A stretch of 64,000 nucleotides of DNA. Source: Candidatus Latescibacterota bacterium. GTDB lineage: Bacteria; Latescibacterota; UBA2968. Within the stretch, counting starts at the first letter, position 1; every line of letters begins with the position of its first letter. Under the pieces are notes generated by a model, which saw only the letters and a program-made list of their open reading frames with translations, had not been told where the DNA came from and ran no database searches. Positions 61,891-64,000 of the stretch are shown piece after piece. The position numbers and the translations under genes are program-made. The stretch is from the NCBI GenBank assembly GCA_965205975.1, contig OZ242195.1:160001-224000 (forward strand), given 5' to 3'.

Positions 61891-61908
61891 CCCTTAGTTT
61901 TTTTCCTC

Positions 61909-61994
61909 GGCTGTAAAGTAGCATGTTTGAACTAAGCCAGGTACTCAGCGTACTAAAAAAACAGCCCGTCCTGAAAATGGATGGGCTATTTTTT
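61909..61994. repeat. Degenerate copy of hsdR 3' end + bidirectional terminator hairpin
   Basis: Matches 59799-59896. The hairpin overlaps the stop of the MazG-like gene. Confidence 0.8.
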
Positions 61995-62384
61995 GTCAAA
62001 TCCGCCTTCACGCGCCTGGCGGGTCATTTCCTGGATGAGTTTGGGGGCGGGATCTTCCCATCCTTCGGGTTTGAGTATTTTGCCGTCTTCTCGGCGAATG
62101 ACTTTTCCGTTTACGACTTTTTGCATGTTTGCATTGTGGACGATGTCGAAGAGGGGGTCGAGGTTGATGCCGTTGCGTACGGCGAAGTCGCAGATGTAGT
62201 AAATTGCATCCACGAGCGCGTCAGCCTGTTCTGTGACGGTCTGTGCGGCCATTAACTCGTCCATTTCATCGTTGACCATTTGTCTTATGAATGCAATGCC
62301 TTCTGCTGTCATGTTTTGCGGATGCGCTGGCAGGTGGTCGTTACAGGCCATTGTAAATTCGCGCACTTGAGCCGTGTATCCCAT
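61986..62384 (-). CDS. MazG-like/PRA-PH-family NTP pyrophosphohydrolase
   Basis: V.EF, DE..EL, ADALVD..Y, VH.ANM.K, REDGKILKPEGW. Confidence 0.85.
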   Translation of the reverse strand: MGYTAQVREFTMACNDHLPAHPQNMTAEGIAFIRQMVNDEMDELMAAQTVTEQADALVDAIYYICDFAVRNGINLDPLFDIVHNANMQKVVNGKVIRREDGKILKPEGWEDPAPKLIQEMTRQAREGGFDKK

Positions 62385-62612
62385 GCGTACTCCAGTTTGA
62401 AGTGTGAAGTGTGAAGTTTGAAAACCCCGTCCAACCAACCCCTATCCTCCAGCCTCTATTATGCGTTAGAAATTACTAAAGTACACGATCAAAAACAAAT
62501 GCAATGGTTCGTCTATTCGTTTTTGGTCTTTGACTTTTGGGCGTTGCGTCTATATTTTTTTGCGCGATATGTTGTTGATTGGTGAACTATGACGCGAAAG
62601 GATTTAGATTAT

Positions 62613-63839
62613 ATGGCGAGTATTAATGCAAATTACGACAAATTGGCTGCGGGATATTTGTTTCCCGAGATTGCGCGGCGGACACAGGTTTTTCTCGATG
62701 CACATCCAGAAGTGTCCGTGATGCGGTTGGGCATTGGCAATACGACCGAGCCGCTGACGAGGAGCGTGATTGCCGGTTTGCACGATGCGGTGGATCAGAT
62801 GGCGCGTGTGGAGACGTATCGCGGCTATGCCGATGGTGGAGAGGGCGAGCCTGAGATGCGGGAGGCTCTGGCGAAGCGCTATGCAAAGTACGGGGTTGAT
62901 CTCGATGCGTCTGAGGTTTTTGTGAGCGATGGCGCCAAGTCAGATTCGGCGAATATCCAGTCGATTTTTGGTATGGATAATGTGATTGCTGTGCAGGATC
63001 CGGCATATCCGGTATATGTCGATAGCAATGTGATTTCCGGACGGACGGGCGAGGCGGTGAACGATCAGTATGCAGGACTGGTTTATATGCCGTGTACAGA
63101 AGAGAGTGGTTTTATGCCCGAGGTGCCAGATGAAAAAGTGGATTTGATCTATATTTGCAGCCCGAATAATCCGACAGGTGCTGTGGCAACCCGGGCGCAG
63201 CTTCAGGCGTTTGTAGATTATGCGAGGGAATGCAAGGCGGTGATTATTTACGATGCGGCTTATGCCGGGTATATCTCCGATGCGGATTTACCGCGGAGTA
63301 TTTACGAGGTTGAGGGGGCAAAGTCCTGTGCGATTGAGATCAATAGTTTTTCCAAAGATACCGGGTTTACGGGTGTGCGCCTGGGGTGGACAGTTGTGCC
63401 GATGGATCTGGTAGTAGAAGACGCGGAGGCGGGCAAATTGAATACGCTGTGGGGCAGGCGTCAAAATACGTTTTTTAATGGTGCTTCGAATATTGTGCAA
63501 TTGGGTGCTTTGTCGGTGTTTACAGAAGAAGGCGAGCGCGAATGCCAGGAGATGATTGCGTATTATATGGAAAATGCGCGCATTATTCGAGCGGGGCTGA
63601 GGCGTGTTGGGCTGACTGTTTTTGGCGGTGTACACGCGCCCTATTTGTGGCTTAAGACGCCGAACGGCCTGTCCTCGTGGGACTTTTTTGACAAGTTGTT
63701 GTCAGAAGCCCATGTCGTGGGTACGCCGGGTTCGGGTTTTGGTCCTGCTGGCGAAGGTTATTTTCGCTTGAGTTCGTTTGGACATCGCGAAGATGTCGAG
63801 CGGGCAGTGGCGAGTATTCAGGCGAATTTGAAGATTTGA
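62613..63839 (+). CDS. dapL: LL-diaminopimelate aminotransferase
   Basis: GYLFPEI, SDGAK.D, DP.YPVYVD, CSPNNPTG, SFSK..GFTG.R.GW, TPGSGFGP.GEG. Confidence 0.95.
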   Translation: MASINANYDKLAAGYLFPEIARRTQVFLDAHPEVSVMRLGIGNTTEPLTRSVIAGLHDAVDQMARVETYRGYADGGEGEPEMREALAKRYAKYGVDLDASEVFVSDGAKSDSANIQSIFGMDNVIAVQDPAYPVYVDSNVISGRTGEAVNDQYAGLVYMPCTEESGFMPEVPDEKVDLIYICSPNNPTGAVATRAQLQAFVDYARECKAVIIYDAAYAGYISDADLPRSIYEVEGAKSCAIEINSFSKDTGFTGVRLGWTVVPMDLVVEDAEAGKLNTLWGRRQNTFFNGASNIVQLGALSVFTEEGERECQEMIAYYMENARIIRAGLRRVGLTVFGGVHAPYLWLKTPNGLSSWDFFDKLLSEAHVVGTPGSGFGPAGEGYFRLSSFGHREDVERAVASIQANLKI

Positions 63840-63848
63840 GGTGAACAG

Positions 63849-64000
63849 ATGAAGCAGTCCAATCCGAACATCATTTTTATTCTGGCTGATGATATGGGCT
63901 ATGGGGATCTGGCGTGCCAGAATCCAGAGTCTAAAATTCCAACGCCCAATCTGGACCGGCTGGCGTCGCAGGGGATGCGTTTTACCGATGCCCACGCGCC
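63849..64000 (+). CDS. Arylsulfatase, 3' truncated by the window edge
   Basis: [20 protein letters not shown]...[19 protein letters not shown]. Confidence 0.85.
   Translation, partial: MKQSNPNIIFILADDMGYGDLACQNPESKIPTPNLDRLASQGMRFTDAHA

Larger units (their letters stand above)
45950..61995. mobile_element. Accessory/defence island built on a type I RM locus (no integrase or transposase seen)
   Basis: All genes are co-oriented and defence- or TA-related. AT-rich repeated intergenic modules. Bounded by related CAGCCCGT...GGRYGGGCT hairpins between mdh and the MazG-like gene. Confidence 0.65.

Noticed and set aside
62395..62425. Heptamer tandem repeat (AAGTGTG/AAGTTTG)
   Set aside because: A short low-complexity intergenic repeat with no evidence of function.

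Overview
Bacterial chromosomal window, mostly housekeeping genes: tmRNA, nucleotide-sugar enzymes, argF, nrnA, ftsEX, two PPIases, mfd, tRNA-Asp, ilvC, an RND transporter, ahcY-metF, xth-tldD-pmbA-rsmB, sulfatase-sat, a brnTA toxin-antitoxin (TA) pair, tRNA-Lys, moeA-moaC, rne/rng, rplU-rpmA, mdh and dapL. A ~16-kb accessory island (~45.95-62.0 kb) is built on a type I restriction-modification (RM) scaffold (hsdM...hsdS...hsdR). It carries three Schlafen/AlbA_2-HATPase genes, an XRE-ImmA/IrrE gene, a membrane Zn-ribbon gene and several TA relics that keep only the antitoxin half. One BrnA-like segment appears fused to the HsdR N-terminus. The island's cargo genes are separated by shared non-coding modules: about 20 co-oriented 11-bp TTGAYNGT repeats, a ~170-bp direct repeat, duplicated promoters, and a duplicated hsdR 3' end plus terminator. 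No integrase or transposase was found, so it may be a cassette-shuffling defence locus. Outside the island the strongest candidates are an XRE-HTH/pseudo-adenylate-cyclase regulator heading ahcY-metF, a degenerate FtsE with a truncated EnvC, a plant-type IlvC, and a structured leader before argF. All family assignments come from reading motifs by eye; no database searches were run.
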